Below the pieces are notes generated by a model. The model worked only from the letters and a program-made list of their open reading frames with translations, did no database searches and had not been told where the DNA came from. From Candidatus Poribacteria bacterium (GTDB lineage Bacteria; Poribacteria; WGA-4E; WGA-3G): a stretch of 64,000 nt of DNA. The position numbers were made by a program, and so were the translations under genes. The stretch covers positions 40,227-104,226 of the forward strand of contig JAJEIE010000024.1 of the NCBI GenBank assembly GCA_022827625.1. The letters are read 5' to 3'. Positions 49,527 to 58,913 of the stretch are shown piece by piece; position 1 is the stretch's first letter, and every line of letters begins with the position of its first letter.

Positions 49527-50303
49527 GTGGGCAAACTCAAACAATTTATAAGACTGTTTGTTACGGTATGTGCGGTGCTAACCTTTACAATCCCTTTATA
49601 TGCAGGATTAGATGATAAATCCCTCGTTTTATACCTCTCCTTTGATGAAGGAAAAGGAGGGAATGCTGCGGACGGTTCTGTACACGGACACGAGGGTGAA
49701 CTTATTGAAAATCCATCATGGGTAGATGGACAGTTTGGCAAGGCTTTAGAGTTTGACGGCACGAAGCAACAATATGTCATCGTGCCTATTAACGACACTT
49801 TGCAGTTAAGAGAAGAGTTTTCTGTCGCCTTTTGGGTGAAGCGTGGCAAGGCACAAATTCGGGACTGGAACTACATGGTGGCTGCTGGTAGCTTGAAGTG
49901 GGCAACGATTTTTCAGAACGCCAGTAGTAACACCTTTTTCTGGTCAACATCGGGTGGTGCTTGGGCACAGAAAGCCGTCAGCGATGACATCCAACCTGAA
50001 GACTGGGTCCATTTAACGGTGACACACGATACCAAGTCAAAAGTCGTCATCTACAACGACGGCAAAGAGGCGGGTGGTGGCGCGAAACCGCCTCCTGTTG
50101 ATGAGATTGACGGCTCTATTATGGTCGGTGCGAGACACCCGGGGGAGGAATTTTTCACGGGTATCATCGACGAAGTGTTTCTCTTCAATCGGATTATCAC
50201 TGCGGCAGAAATCAGCGACATCATGAACGGCGATTTTCTACCCGTCGAACCCGCAGAAAAACTCACCACAACGTGGGCGAGTATTAAAACGGATCGCGAT
50301 TAG
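49527..50303 (+). CDS. Secreted LamG/ConA-like lectin-fold protein (paralog of 1543..2343)
   Basis: SFDEGKGGNAADGSVHGHEGELIENPSWVDGQFGKALEFDG, and a C-terminus (EPAEKLTTTWASIKTDRD) mirroring 1543..2343 (PADKLATTWANIKR). Confidence 0.7.
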   Translation: MGKLKQFIRLFVTVCAVLTFTIPLYAGLDDKSLVLYLSFDEGKGGNAADGSVHGHEGELIENPSWVDGQFGKALEFDGTKQQYVIVPINDTLQLREEFSVAFWVKRGKAQIRDWNYMVAAGSLKWATIFQNASSNTFFWSTSGGAWAQKAVSDDIQPEDWVHLTVTHDTKSKVVIYNDGKEAGGGAKPPPVDEIDGSIMVGARHPGEEFFTGIIDEVFLFNRIITAAEISDIMNGDFLPVEPAEKLTTTWASIKTDRD

Positions 50304-50382
50304 CTATTCGCTTATCGCGGTTCGCGTACCGCGGTTCGCGGGAAGAGGTCTGCGGTAGACGGTTTGCGGGAAGCGGAAACGT

Positions 50383-51528
50383 ATGCTAAAATATGTCACC
50401 ATATTTATCCTCTTCAGTGCCTTTGAAATCTCTGCTTTATCCGATCCCGCACCTGCCGAAAAGCACTATGCGCAAGCCTCTGCTTATCACGCCATTGGCG
50501 AGTTTGCGCAAGCCATTGCCGAATACAAGAAAGCCATCACACTCGACCCAAACTCCCCTATCTTCTACAATAGACTGGGTGTTGCATACGCCGAACTGAA
50601 GCAATACGATGCCGCACTTGATGCCTATCAGGCGGCGGTAGCACTGTCGCCTATGACACCTGAGCCGCACTATAATATCGGGTTGGTTTATCTCAAGAAA
50701 GGGGACCTTCCGCATGCCCTTGAAGCGTTTAAACGTGCGGTTGCCCGAAATTCAGAATGGGAGGCTGCCTATACTGGACTCGGTGAAGTCTACTTGAAAC
50801 AAGGTCGTTTTGAACAGGCGGGGCTCTCCTATAAAAAAGCCGTCCACCTCAATCCGAAGGAGGCTGGCGCAATTTTGGGGTTGGGTAAGGTCTATGTTAA
50901 GCAGGATCGCTTGGCGGACGCAATTACGACCTTTGAGAAAGTAATCGAAATTCAGGTCGATCATACAGAGGCACATTACCAACTCGCACAAGCCTACATC
51001 AAACAAGGGGAGAAGGAGAAAGCCGCCGCAGCGATGGCGTTCTTCAAAGTCCTCCGTCAGACGGACCCGCTCGTTCAGGAAGCCGAGATGTGGGTGAACA
51101 GACATCCGAATGACGCAAGAGGCTATAACAACCTCGGTATCGTCTACCTCGCCCGTCATCGCTTTTCGGATGCCATTACCAACTATAAGCGTGCAATCTC
51201 TCTTAATCCCACCTTAGCCACTGCCCATTACAACTTGGGGCATGTTTATCATAAACAGGGAAAAATTAAGGGCGCGATCGCAGCCTATCGCGAGGCACTC
51301 ACTGTTGATAATACACTCGCCATCGCCCATAATAACATCGCCGTTTGCTATATAGAATTGGAATCCGACCTTGATAAAGCACTGCTTCACGCCCGAACGG
51401 CTGTCCAACTTGCGCCAACTGAAGCAAATTATTGGGATACCCTTACCCAAGTTTGCACCCTCCGTGGATTGGAGGATGAAGCGCGCCATGCCCGTGAGAA
51501 GCGGGAAGCCCTTTCTCAAGAAGAATGA
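50383..51528 (+). CDS. Secreted TPR-repeat protein
   Basis: About 9 consecutive 34-aa TPR units (AxxYxxLGxxYxxxGxxxxAxxxYxxAxxxxP). Confidence 0.85.
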   Translation: MLKYVTIFILFSAFEISALSDPAPAEKHYAQASAYHAIGEFAQAIAEYKKAITLDPNSPIFYNRLGVAYAELKQYDAALDAYQAAVALSPMTPEPHYNIGLVYLKKGDLPHALEAFKRAVARNSEWEAAYTGLGEVYLKQGRFEQAGLSYKKAVHLNPKEAGAILGLGKVYVKQDRLADAITTFEKVIEIQVDHTEAHYQLAQAYIKQGEKEKAAAAMAFFKVLRQTDPLVQEAEMWVNRHPNDARGYNNLGIVYLARHRFSDAITNYKRAISLNPTLATAHYNLGHVYHKQGKIKGAIAAYREALTVDNTLAIAHNNIAVCYIELESDLDKALLHARTAVQLAPTEANYWDTLTQVCTLRGLEDEARHAREKREALSQEE

Positions 51529-53225
51529 GATACCTCTGCTATATTCTCTTTGCTCTCAACCTTACGCCTTACATTTCTGCCGAAGTCCAATTCGTCGATG
51601 CAACGACCGCTGCAGGAATCGACTTTCAGCATGTTGATGGCAGAACCGGTGAGAAATATCTCATCGAAACCCTCGGCTCTGGTGCACTCTTTTTCGATTT
51701 TGACCTTGATGGGCACCTTGATCTTTACATAGTCAATGCCACGCATATCCCACCGCCGATCGACGGAAAATCCGTTCAAACAGAAGAACTCCCACAAAAT
51801 AGGCTCTATCGGAACAACGGGGACGGCACTTTTACTGACGTTACGCACAAAGCAGGCGTTGGAGATACCGGCTACGGTGTCGGATGCGCTGCCGCTGATA
51901 TCGACAACGATGGCTATCCCGAAATCTACGTAACAAACTTTGGACAGAACCGACTCTATTACAACAACGGCGATGGCACCTTTACGGATATAACACAGAA
52001 AGCAGGTGTCGGTGATGCACGCTGGGGGACCAGCTGCGCTTTCCTCGATTACGATTTGGATGGGGACTTGGACCTATACGTCGTCAACTATATGAAGTTT
52101 TCTATCGCTGAAAACCGATGGTGGGAGACCCGTGGCATCAGAACCTATTGTAGTCCAACGGATCAGATTGCTGGGAGCCATTTTGTCAGTGAATCCGATA
52201 TTCTCTACCGCAATAACGGCGACACCACCTTCACCGATGTCACCCAAAACGCGGGCGTTTCGCATCGCGCCCTCGGTCTCGCTGTCGCTGTGGGAGATTA
52301 TGACAATGACGGTTACCCGGACATTCACATCGCCAACGATATGGAAGCCGATCAATTTTACCGCAACAACGGCGACGCGACTTTTACCGAAACCGCTGAC
52401 CTGACCGGCACCGGCTACGATGGGAACGGTTTCCCGGGAAGCGGGATGGGGAGCGCGTTCGGTGATTACGATAACGACGGCTATCTCGATCTCGTCGTCA
52501 GTAACGCCTCAGCCCTCCCAGTGATCCTTTATCGAAACGAGAGAGCAGCGTTTTTTACGGATGTCTCTTTTATCTCAGAGATTGGCGCAGCCACGCTGCC
52601 TTATTTTAAATGGGCAGTCGAATTTTTCGATTACAACAACGACGGTCTCCTCGACCTTTTTGTTGCGAATGGGCATCTTCAGGAGAACATTTCACTTTTC
52701 TCAGACAGTACGTATCCACAAGCAGATTTACTTTTCCGCAATACACGCCAACAAGACGGCACCTATCGCTTTACGGACACTTCTGCTGAAGTCGGACTGA
52801 CCCAACTCCCCAAGCAGGTGAGCCGCGGTGCAGCGTTCGGAGACTACGACAATGACGGCGATATTGATATTTTCCTGAATAATTCCAATCAACCCGCAGT
52901 GCTTCTCCGAAATGACGGGGGTAACAGCAAGCATTGGCTTACTGTCCAACTTACTGGAACGCAAAGCAATCTATCGGGCATTGGTACAAAGGTATTTGTA
53001 AAGGCAGGAGATCTATCACTTTTCAGGGAGATACGTAGTGGTGCGAGTTATCTGTCGCAGAGCGATCTTCGCGTGCACTTTGGACTCGGCGAGAATGCGA
53101 TAATTGATACCTTAGAAATTCGTTGGCAAAGCGGGCATAGGGATCAATTTTCTAATCTAAAGTCAAACCAGATTCTAAGCGTTAAAGAAGGGCAAGGAAT
53201 TATAAACGGACAAAAAATAAAATAA
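51525..53225 (+). CDS. CRTAC1-family protein with FG-GAP/VCBS repeats and a C-terminal ASPIC/UnbV domain
   Basis: Repeated NRLYRNNGDGTFTDVT...GDYDNDGYxDLxV units; C-terminal GIGTKVFVKAGDLSLFREIRSGASYLSQSD; 4-nt overlap with the TPR gene. Confidence 0.8.
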   Translation: MRYLCYILFALNLTPYISAEVQFVDATTAAGIDFQHVDGRTGEKYLIETLGSGALFFDFDLDGHLDLYIVNATHIPPPIDGKSVQTEELPQNRLYRNNGDGTFTDVTHKAGVGDTGYGVGCAAADIDNDGYPEIYVTNFGQNRLYYNNGDGTFTDITQKAGVGDARWGTSCAFLDYDLDGDLDLYVVNYMKFSIAENRWWETRGIRTYCSPTDQIAGSHFVSESDILYRNNGDTTFTDVTQNAGVSHRALGLAVAVGDYDNDGYPDIHIANDMEADQFYRNNGDATFTETADLTGTGYDGNGFPGSGMGSAFGDYDNDGYLDLVVSNASALPVILYRNERAAFFTDVSFISEIGAATLPYFKWAVEFFDYNNDGLLDLFVANGHLQENISLFSDSTYPQADLLFRNTRQQDGTYRFTDTSAEVGLTQLPKQVSRGAAFGDYDNDGDIDIFLNNSNQPAVLLRNDGGNSKHWLTVQLTGTQSNLSGIGTKVFVKAGDLSLFREIRSGASYLSQSDLRVHFGLGENAIIDTLEIRWQSGHRDQFSNLKSNQILSVKEGQGIINGQKIK

Positions 53226-53234
53226 ATGTTGTGA

Positions 53235-54209
53235 TCACAAATCAACAAGCCAATTGGATAAAGATGCAACTTGATCAGGATTTGTCAAGTTCGCCGCGTT
53301 TTCCAATGTCCTATCTTCAAGTTGGTTCCAGATTTCCGCTGCCATGCTGTCAACAATAACGGCTCCTATGAAAAAGAGATCTGGCGATAGATTGTGACTG
53401 GCAAAAGCGGTTCTGATGCGCGTCAACGCAGTTTGAGCAGTCTTCCAATGTTCATCTGCGCCTGCCGGATCAATTCCGCCTTTCAGTTCTCCGAAGGCGA
53501 TAAATTTCTCAGGCATCCTATAAGTTTCACGGTTTACTTCGTTTGGTGGGCAACGGAGTAGACAAATATCTATATTTTTTTGCACAAGCGGTATTGTTCG
53601 ATTGTAAATCAGTGTGCGTGTTTCCTTATTTTTTTCCCAGCTAAGCCCCTTGAGACTCAATTCTATATCTGCAGTATTACTTGTTCCCTTAATCCATGTG
53701 TTACTCGCAGCGTTAAGCCACTGATAAGAGGTTTCGGTTAGCGTCAGGGTAGAAACGATTGATCGGGTGAGTTTTCTTTCTGCCAATTTACCTGCCATAT
53801 TTCGCATTGAACCGCCGAGTGAATCCCCGCGTGTCAGCAGAAAACGATAAACCAATTCCTCAACAAAGTTCGTGCCTGCCGGTTCTAAAAATTTCTCTAT
53901 GAAATCTTGAATTGCGCCCGTTTGATCTTTCTCTGTAGTCTGCTTGGTTGCTTTCTCCGAAAATCCCGATGCGGTTAGTAAAGCAGTCCGTATGCCTTCT
54001 ATTTCGAGCAGCGCGTTAGGACGTTTTGCACGCGTAGCTGAAACTTTCAATGCGCGTGCTTGTTCAACAAAGGGGGTTGCACGACGACTCCTTTCCAAAG
54101 CCAATGCCACAAAACCTGCACGAATTTCTTCAGGAGCGGTTATAAGATCTGCGCCAGCGGATAAATGTTGGAGATATGGCATCATCTTTTTCTCCAAACG
54201 TATACGCAT
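53235..54209 (-). CDS. Putative type II restriction endonuclease (cognate of the upstream methyltransferase)
   Basis: Co-oriented with the MTase and overlapping its 3' end by 28 nt; no other recognisable family motif. Confidence 0.4.
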   Translation of the reverse strand: MRIRLEKKMMPYLQHLSAGADLITAPEEIRAGFVALALERSRRATPFVEQARALKVSATRAKRPNALLEIEGIRTALLTASGFSEKATKQTTEKDQTGAIQDFIEKFLEPAGTNFVEELVYRFLLTRGDSLGGSMRNMAGKLAERKLTRSIVSTLTLTETSYQWLNAASNTWIKGTSNTADIELSLKGLSWEKNKETRTLIYNRTIPLVQKNIDICLLRCPPNEVNRETYRMPEKFIAFGELKGGIDPAGADEHWKTAQTALTRIRTAFASHNLSPDLFFIGAVIVDSMAAEIWNQLEDRTLENAANLTNPDQVASLSNWLVDL

Positions 54210-55612
54210 TTCCGAAGCGGCACACGCCCGTATGCCCCCATCTGTTGACTGCTATTCCCTTTTTTCCCGGGCACAATAAGAATATTTTCCACCTCGAAAC
54301 CCAATGTTTGTGCGATGTCAGATAGAATCATATCTACAGATATGCTCACACCGGCGTAACGCACGTTGTCATTAACCATAAAGAGGCGCGCATTTGGCTT
54401 TAGAACACGGGCACACTCACCGATAACACACGCCATTTCGGAGAAATACCCACGAACCATCCTCGGAATGCCGCCGTTATTTAACGTGCCAGATGCTTTT
54501 TCATGTTCAAGGTAGGTACATATTGTTTGTAGTAATTTTTGTTGATTAGCTGCTTCTATAAAGGGAGTCCACTGCGGACATATTTTTAATAAATCTTTTT
54601 CTCGATTTTCCACAGTGCAACTAAGCATCTCTTGCCGCAGCCTTAAAACTTCCGCTTGTGTCAAATCCAACATAGCGAGTTCAAGCGCGTAGGTCCGGGT
54701 GTAATCGTAACGGTTGCAATAAGGGGGTGAAGTTACGATCGCACCATAAGAGGCTTTTTCAAGGGTAGGAAGGATTTCGAGACATGAGCCTTTGAATAAA
54801 CGAATATCCGCCGCGATCTGTTTGACAGGGAAAAGTGTTGCGGGTCGTTCAGCGTCACGCACATCTGATAAAATTTCTTTAAGTTTGGCGGTTATCGCTG
54901 TATCAAAATCAAGGATTTTTCCTTTATTGAAAGCCTTGGTCCCCGGCCGTCGTTTGCCTGACCGGGCATCCCAGCGCAAATACTGCCCATCTTTTCGTGT
55001 ATAGCTAATATCTTCTAAGATGCACAAGAGTGCCAAACGTAAGATAGCTTGAGCGTTCTCATTCTCTTGTTGGATGGCACTTCTGTATCTTTCGATCGCT
55101 TCTACTGTTTCTGGTGGATAAGCGTTCTCTGTGATCCGGATGGTACTGAATGGAAGTCTTTCTGAGCATGCCTTCCAAGGAAGGGAGGTTATCCAACGCT
55201 CGATTGTGCTGGTGTCCTCTGCTGTCAGTTTTCTTTTTGATAAGAGACGGGCGCGGATAATTTCCTGACCGATCGGTAGTAATTCTATACCATCGGCGGG
55301 AATTCCTTGGGAACTTGCCGCAAACAGAGTTGTCCCTATTCCGGCAAATGGATCAAGCACCTTTCCCGATATGCGTTCTTTGTAGCTGCCGAGAAAATAT
55401 TCAACAAGTCCTGCTGAAAAGGCTTCCTTGTATTTGTACCAACCGTAAGCGGGTTTGTCTTTATTTCCTTGAAAACTCACGGTTTTTCGGGACAAAAACA
55501 AGGCTGTCGAGAATTGTAATTTGAAGTTCTCAGCGAGTTCAGCATCGAGTGCTGCGATTTTATCGCGGAGTTTGTTAGTTTCTGGCTGGGTTTTATTTTT
55601 CTCAGATGTCAT
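54182..55612 (-). CDS. DNA amino-methyltransferase (N4-cytosine/N6-adenine; motif order I then IV)
   Basis: Motif I DPFAGIGTT and motif IV SPPY (IVTSPPYCNRYDY). The start is chosen at the internal ATG 55612 (MTSEKNK...) because the longer frame would overlap the convergent epimerase gene. Confidence 0.75.
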   Translation of the reverse strand: MTSEKNKTQPETNKLRDKIAALDAELAENFKLQFSTALFLSRKTVSFQGNKDKPAYGWYKYKEAFSAGLVEYFLGSYKERISGKVLDPFAGIGTTLFAASSQGIPADGIELLPIGQEIIRARLLSKRKLTAEDTSTIERWITSLPWKACSERLPFSTIRITENAYPPETVEAIERYRSAIQQENENAQAILRLALLCILEDISYTRKDGQYLRWDARSGKRRPGTKAFNKGKILDFDTAITAKLKEILSDVRDAERPATLFPVKQIAADIRLFKGSCLEILPTLEKASYGAIVTSPPYCNRYDYTRTYALELAMLDLTQAEVLRLRQEMLSCTVENREKDLLKICPQWTPFIEAANQQKLLQTICTYLEHEKASGTLNNGGIPRMVRGYFSEMACVIGECARVLKPNARLFMVNDNVRYAGVSISVDMILSDIAQTLGFEVENILIVPGKKGNSSQQMGAYGRVPLRKCVYVWRKR

Positions 55613-55619
55613 AAGTCTT

Positions 55620-56384
55620 TTATTCTTCCCCATCCGGAATCTCCGGCCAATTATGTTCCGGTGAATACCCCAACGCCTCTTTTCCTGGGTGCCATGCAAA
55701 ACGAGAATCCGCACGTCCCGCAACGGCGTTATAAGCACCGTACTTAACCGTCTCCGTCTCAATCGCACACGCAACACATTGTGCAACATCCCTCGGATCG
55801 ACATAAACAAACCAAGGTGCCGTCACAACGTCAGGCACCGTCGGACCCGGATTCTGTCCATCACCCGCAATCACACCCGGACGGACGTGGATGACGTCCA
55901 ACCCGTGTGCCTGATGATACGCCGCACCGATCTGCTCACCAAGATACTTCGACAGCGAATAGTAGAGATCCCCCGGACCAAACACAAAATCATCATCGAC
56001 GTGGTATGGCAGTTTGGCATCGGGTGCAGGGTGACACGCCGAAATACTCGAAATGTTCACCAATTTTTGCACACCTTGTTGCACACAGGCTTCCGCTACG
56101 TTCCACGTGCCTTTCACCATAACGTCCGCAAAGAGCGAAGCAGGTTTGCCTGACCGTCCCCGCACCAAAGCGACGAGATGCACAACAGCATCCTGACCGG
56201 CACACGCCGCTTCGACTTCAGAGGGGTTTGTTACGTCTGCTTTGATAAAAGTTGTGTTGGGAAATGAACCCTCGGGTGCAACGATGTCGGTTAGCGTGAG
56301 TTGGTAGGCGTCCTGCAACCGATCAATAATAAATCGCGCCAAGTATCCACTTGCACCCGTAATCAGAATCTTTTCAATAGGCAT
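55620..56384 (-). CDS. NAD-dependent epimerase/dehydratase (extended SDR)
   Basis: ILITGASGYLARFIIDRL Rossmann motif. Confidence 0.8.
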   Translation of the reverse strand: MPIEKILITGASGYLARFIIDRLQDAYQLTLTDIVAPEGSFPNTTFIKADVTNPSEVEAACAGQDAVVHLVALVRGRSGKPASLFADVMVKGTWNVAEACVQQGVQKLVNISSISACHPAPDAKLPYHVDDDFVFGPGDLYYSLSKYLGEQIGAAYHQAHGLDVIHVRPGVIAGDGQNPGPTVPDVVTAPWFVYVDPRDVAQCVACAIETETVKYGAYNAVAGRADSRFAWHPGKEALGYSPEHNWPEIPDGEE

Positions 56385-56400
56385 CAGTGTCTATCCTATG

Positions 56401-56510
56401 GTTCTTTATTTTTTCTGTAGGAGGGATTTCCAAATCCCGACTTCTTATACATCTGGTTCTTTATTTTTTCTGTAGGAGGGATTTCCGAATCCCGACTTCT
56501 TATACATCTG
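56401..56510. repeat. Tandem duplication, 2 x 55 bp, each unit containing the gtaggagggatttccaaatcccgac element; upstream of the epimerase gene
   Basis: Units 56401-56455 and 56456-56510 differ at one position. Confidence 0.9.
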
Positions 56511-56546
56511 GATGCCTGAACTTGTTCAGGAAAAGTATTTGAACCT

Positions 56547-56888
56547 CTAAACAAAAGGAGCTTCCGTCTCATAGAGCGCAGCGTTATAGCCGACAAGAAA
56601 GACATCCCCGCTCCTGACCGTAGGCGCACGGAGACTTCCGCTGCGTCCCAGCACCACCTTTAGGATCGCTTCTTGCGTGTCTTCAGTCGGCACAAAGGTT
56701 TCAACGCGCCGCCCTTTCGCAACAACGATACGTTCCGCACCGCCCATTAATTCCCATACCGCCCCTGCCTCCATTTTCTCTTTTCGAGCATCCGTACGGC
56801 TTTCCGCTTGTAAGTTGTGTGTGTCAAGTAACTCTTGCACTTTTTTACACGAGTTTCAGCCATTCCGAAAATAAATCCAATCTATCAT
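56547..56888 (-). CDS. ArsC/Spx/YffB-family thioredoxin-fold protein with in-frame TGA (candidate selenocysteine) at the CxxC catalytic position
   Basis: AAGGAG SD 8 nt upstream of the ATG at 56888. Translation MIDWIYFRNG-U-NSCKKVQELLDTHNLQAE...LRAPTVRSGDVFLVGYNAALYE aligns with YffB/Spx ([24 protein letters not shown]...IKRPLL...LLGF), with the TGA (56856-56858) exactly replacing the first Cys. A bulged hairpin with a GU-containing loop starts about 15 nt after the TGA. Confidence 0.55.
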
Positions 56889-56919
56889 CACAATTTCTCC
56901 TTACTTTGACATCTCTTGT

Positions 56920-56942
56920 GTACCGCAAACTGTTAGTTTGCG
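56920..56942. repeat. 23-nt palindromic element copy, about 32-54 nt upstream of the ArsC-like gene start
   Basis: See 40943..40965. Confidence 0.85.
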
Positions 56943-57060
56943 TATTCTGCCCACAATTTTTTTGGATGCCCCAACTTGTTGGGGACGCGAGACAGTGAAA
57001 CACTCCCGAACAAGTTCGGGCATCCGGACATGGGGTATTACGGGTCCTGAATACCTTTAG

Positions 57061-58089
57061 CTAAAGATCCTTCACACGAATAAATCTACCAGTCCCACGG
57101 CTCTGAACAGCTGCGTCGATGAGCGCAAGCGTCTCAAGTCCGTCAGAGAACGGCGAACGAATTAACGTCCGATCACCCGTTTCAATCGCCCGCAACCATG
57201 CGCCTATTTTGCCCAAATTCGGATTGTTTTCGGAGACCATCGGTTCATCAACCGTTTCCCCATTCAAATAACCACGAATCGCGTTCTCTCCCATATTCGC
57301 CTGTAAGCGTAAATGCGGTCCGACAACCTCGACCTCAAAACTGAATTTTTCCGTGCCACAATGATTCATGTGCGTGCCAAAGACCCCGTTATCCAGTTGA
57401 TACGTCATCTGGATCGCGTTTTCAGCATCAAATTCCGTGCGTTCCAGCCCCATATTCTTTATTGCCAAGGCGTGCGCCTGCACCGGTTTCGGGTTCCCCA
57501 TAACGAACCGTGCGCAGTCCAACACATGCACCGCCTGTTCAGGCAAGGGACCCCCGCTGATCTCATACTGCAGAAACCACGGCGACATCCGGAAACTCAA
57601 GTAATAATCAACAGTGCAAACCGTCCGTACCAGATGCACCGTTTCCGAAGCAATCAACGCCTTCAACCGTTCATAGAGCGGATGATACCGGAGTTGAAAT
57701 CCAACAGCGGCAATAACGTCCGCTTTCTCAATACAGGCGAGACACTTTTGACCCTCAACCATGTTCAAGGCAGGCGGTTTTTCGACCATCATCGGAATAC
57801 CGCGATCGCACGCCATCTGGATAGGTTCAAAACGAATAGGGGGTGGCGTTGTAATCACCACCCCGTCCATCTCTACCTCGAAAAAAGCGTCCAATGCCGT
57901 CGTCGCAAGTTCAGTGTCGGCGTGTGTCGCGAGTTCGCGCGCCGCCGCAAGCCGCGTATCGTGAACAGCAACGACTTTGGCACCGTAGTTGGTCACCGCG
58001 CCATGATGATGTCGGCCCATATTACCAGCACCGATAATACCTATCGCTAACGGTTTTTGATGCATCATTCTTCCTTCAATTGACCCCAC
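57061..58089 (-). CDS. Gfo/Idh/MocA-family oxidoreductase
   Basis: LAIGIIGAGNMGRHHHGAV Rossmann motif. Confidence 0.85.
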   Translation of the reverse strand: MGSIEGRMMHQKPLAIGIIGAGNMGRHHHGAVTNYGAKVVAVHDTRLAAARELATHADTELATTALDAFFEVEMDGVVITTPPPIRFEPIQMACDRGIPMMVEKPPALNMVEGQKCLACIEKADVIAAVGFQLRYHPLYERLKALIASETVHLVRTVCTVDYYLSFRMSPWFLQYEISGGPLPEQAVHVLDCARFVMGNPKPVQAHALAIKNMGLERTEFDAENAIQMTYQLDNGVFGTHMNHCGTEKFSFEVEVVGPHLRLQANMGENAIRGYLNGETVDEPMVSENNPNLGKIGAWLRAIETGDRTLIRSPFSDGLETLALIDAAVQSRGTGRFIRVKDL

Positions 58090-58778
58090 GTCAGAGATAA
58101 TTTCCCACTTGGTTCAACCGCCATCGGATCTCTACCGCCATAAATCTCAAGTTCATCAACACGAGCACCCGCATTCGCGCGTATATGGAGACGCAACCAG
58201 CGTGCCTCCACATCTTTGAAGGTGAACTCAGTCGTTTCGCTAATCGGATCACCCTTGTGTGTGTAGACTTTTGTCCATGTGTTCGCGTCCGAGTTTGGAT
58301 CGGCTTTCGTAGTTGCTACGAGGATATCAAAGTCAACGGTTGTCCGATCCACAAACCCTTGTGAGTGATCGCTACCGAATATGATCCGATTCACATTCGC
58401 GACGTCGCCCATATCAATCTGCGCCCACCCCGGTATCGCACCGATGATCCAGCTCCGGCAGTTATTATAGAAACCGTCGTTGAGGTATTCAGTGCAGTGC
58501 CGGCGTGGACACCAGCCTGCTATCTGTGAAGACGCTTCCGCCGTCGCATCTTTCAGGAGTGCCAAGTTCGGTTCATCGTCCCGAACCGTCGGCACGAATT
58601 CCGGTCCCGGCTTACCGCCAGCCTCGCAGGCATCCGTTGCCGCTTTAATATCCTGTTCCTTGAATTCGTAACGTCCAAATTTTTCAGGTCCCTGGTCTTC
58701 TTCATGGATTGCGAAGACAGTCGGTGCCCCCATTAGCATCACCAGCATCACAATCCCCAAATATGTTATCCATCTCAT
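58065..58778 (-). CDS. Secreted protein with a discoidin (F5/8 type C)-like carbohydrate-binding domain
   Basis: Signal peptide; ...GWAQIDMGDVANVNRIIFG...RWLRLHIRANAGARVDELEIYG resembles the F5_F8_type_C jelly-roll. Confidence 0.5.
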   Translation of the reverse strand: MRWITYLGIVMLVMLMGAPTVFAIHEEDQGPEKFGRYEFKEQDIKAATDACEAGGKPGPEFVPTVRDDEPNLALLKDATAEASSQIAGWCPRRHCTEYLNDGFYNNCRSWIIGAIPGWAQIDMGDVANVNRIIFGSDHSQGFVDRTTVDFDILVATTKADPNSDANTWTKVYTHKGDPISETTEFTFKDVEARWLRLHIRANAGARVDELEIYGGRDPMAVEPSGKLSLTWGQLKEE

Positions 58779-58913
58779 TGTCTGTTCCTCCGTTTGTCTG
58801 TTGTAGCGTGATTACCAAATCCCGCGCCAACGGTGTGTAGGGTGCAAGTTATCATGCTTCCGGCATAATTTCTATTATACCATAATCTATTTCTCCCTTC
58901 AACCCAGAACCCT

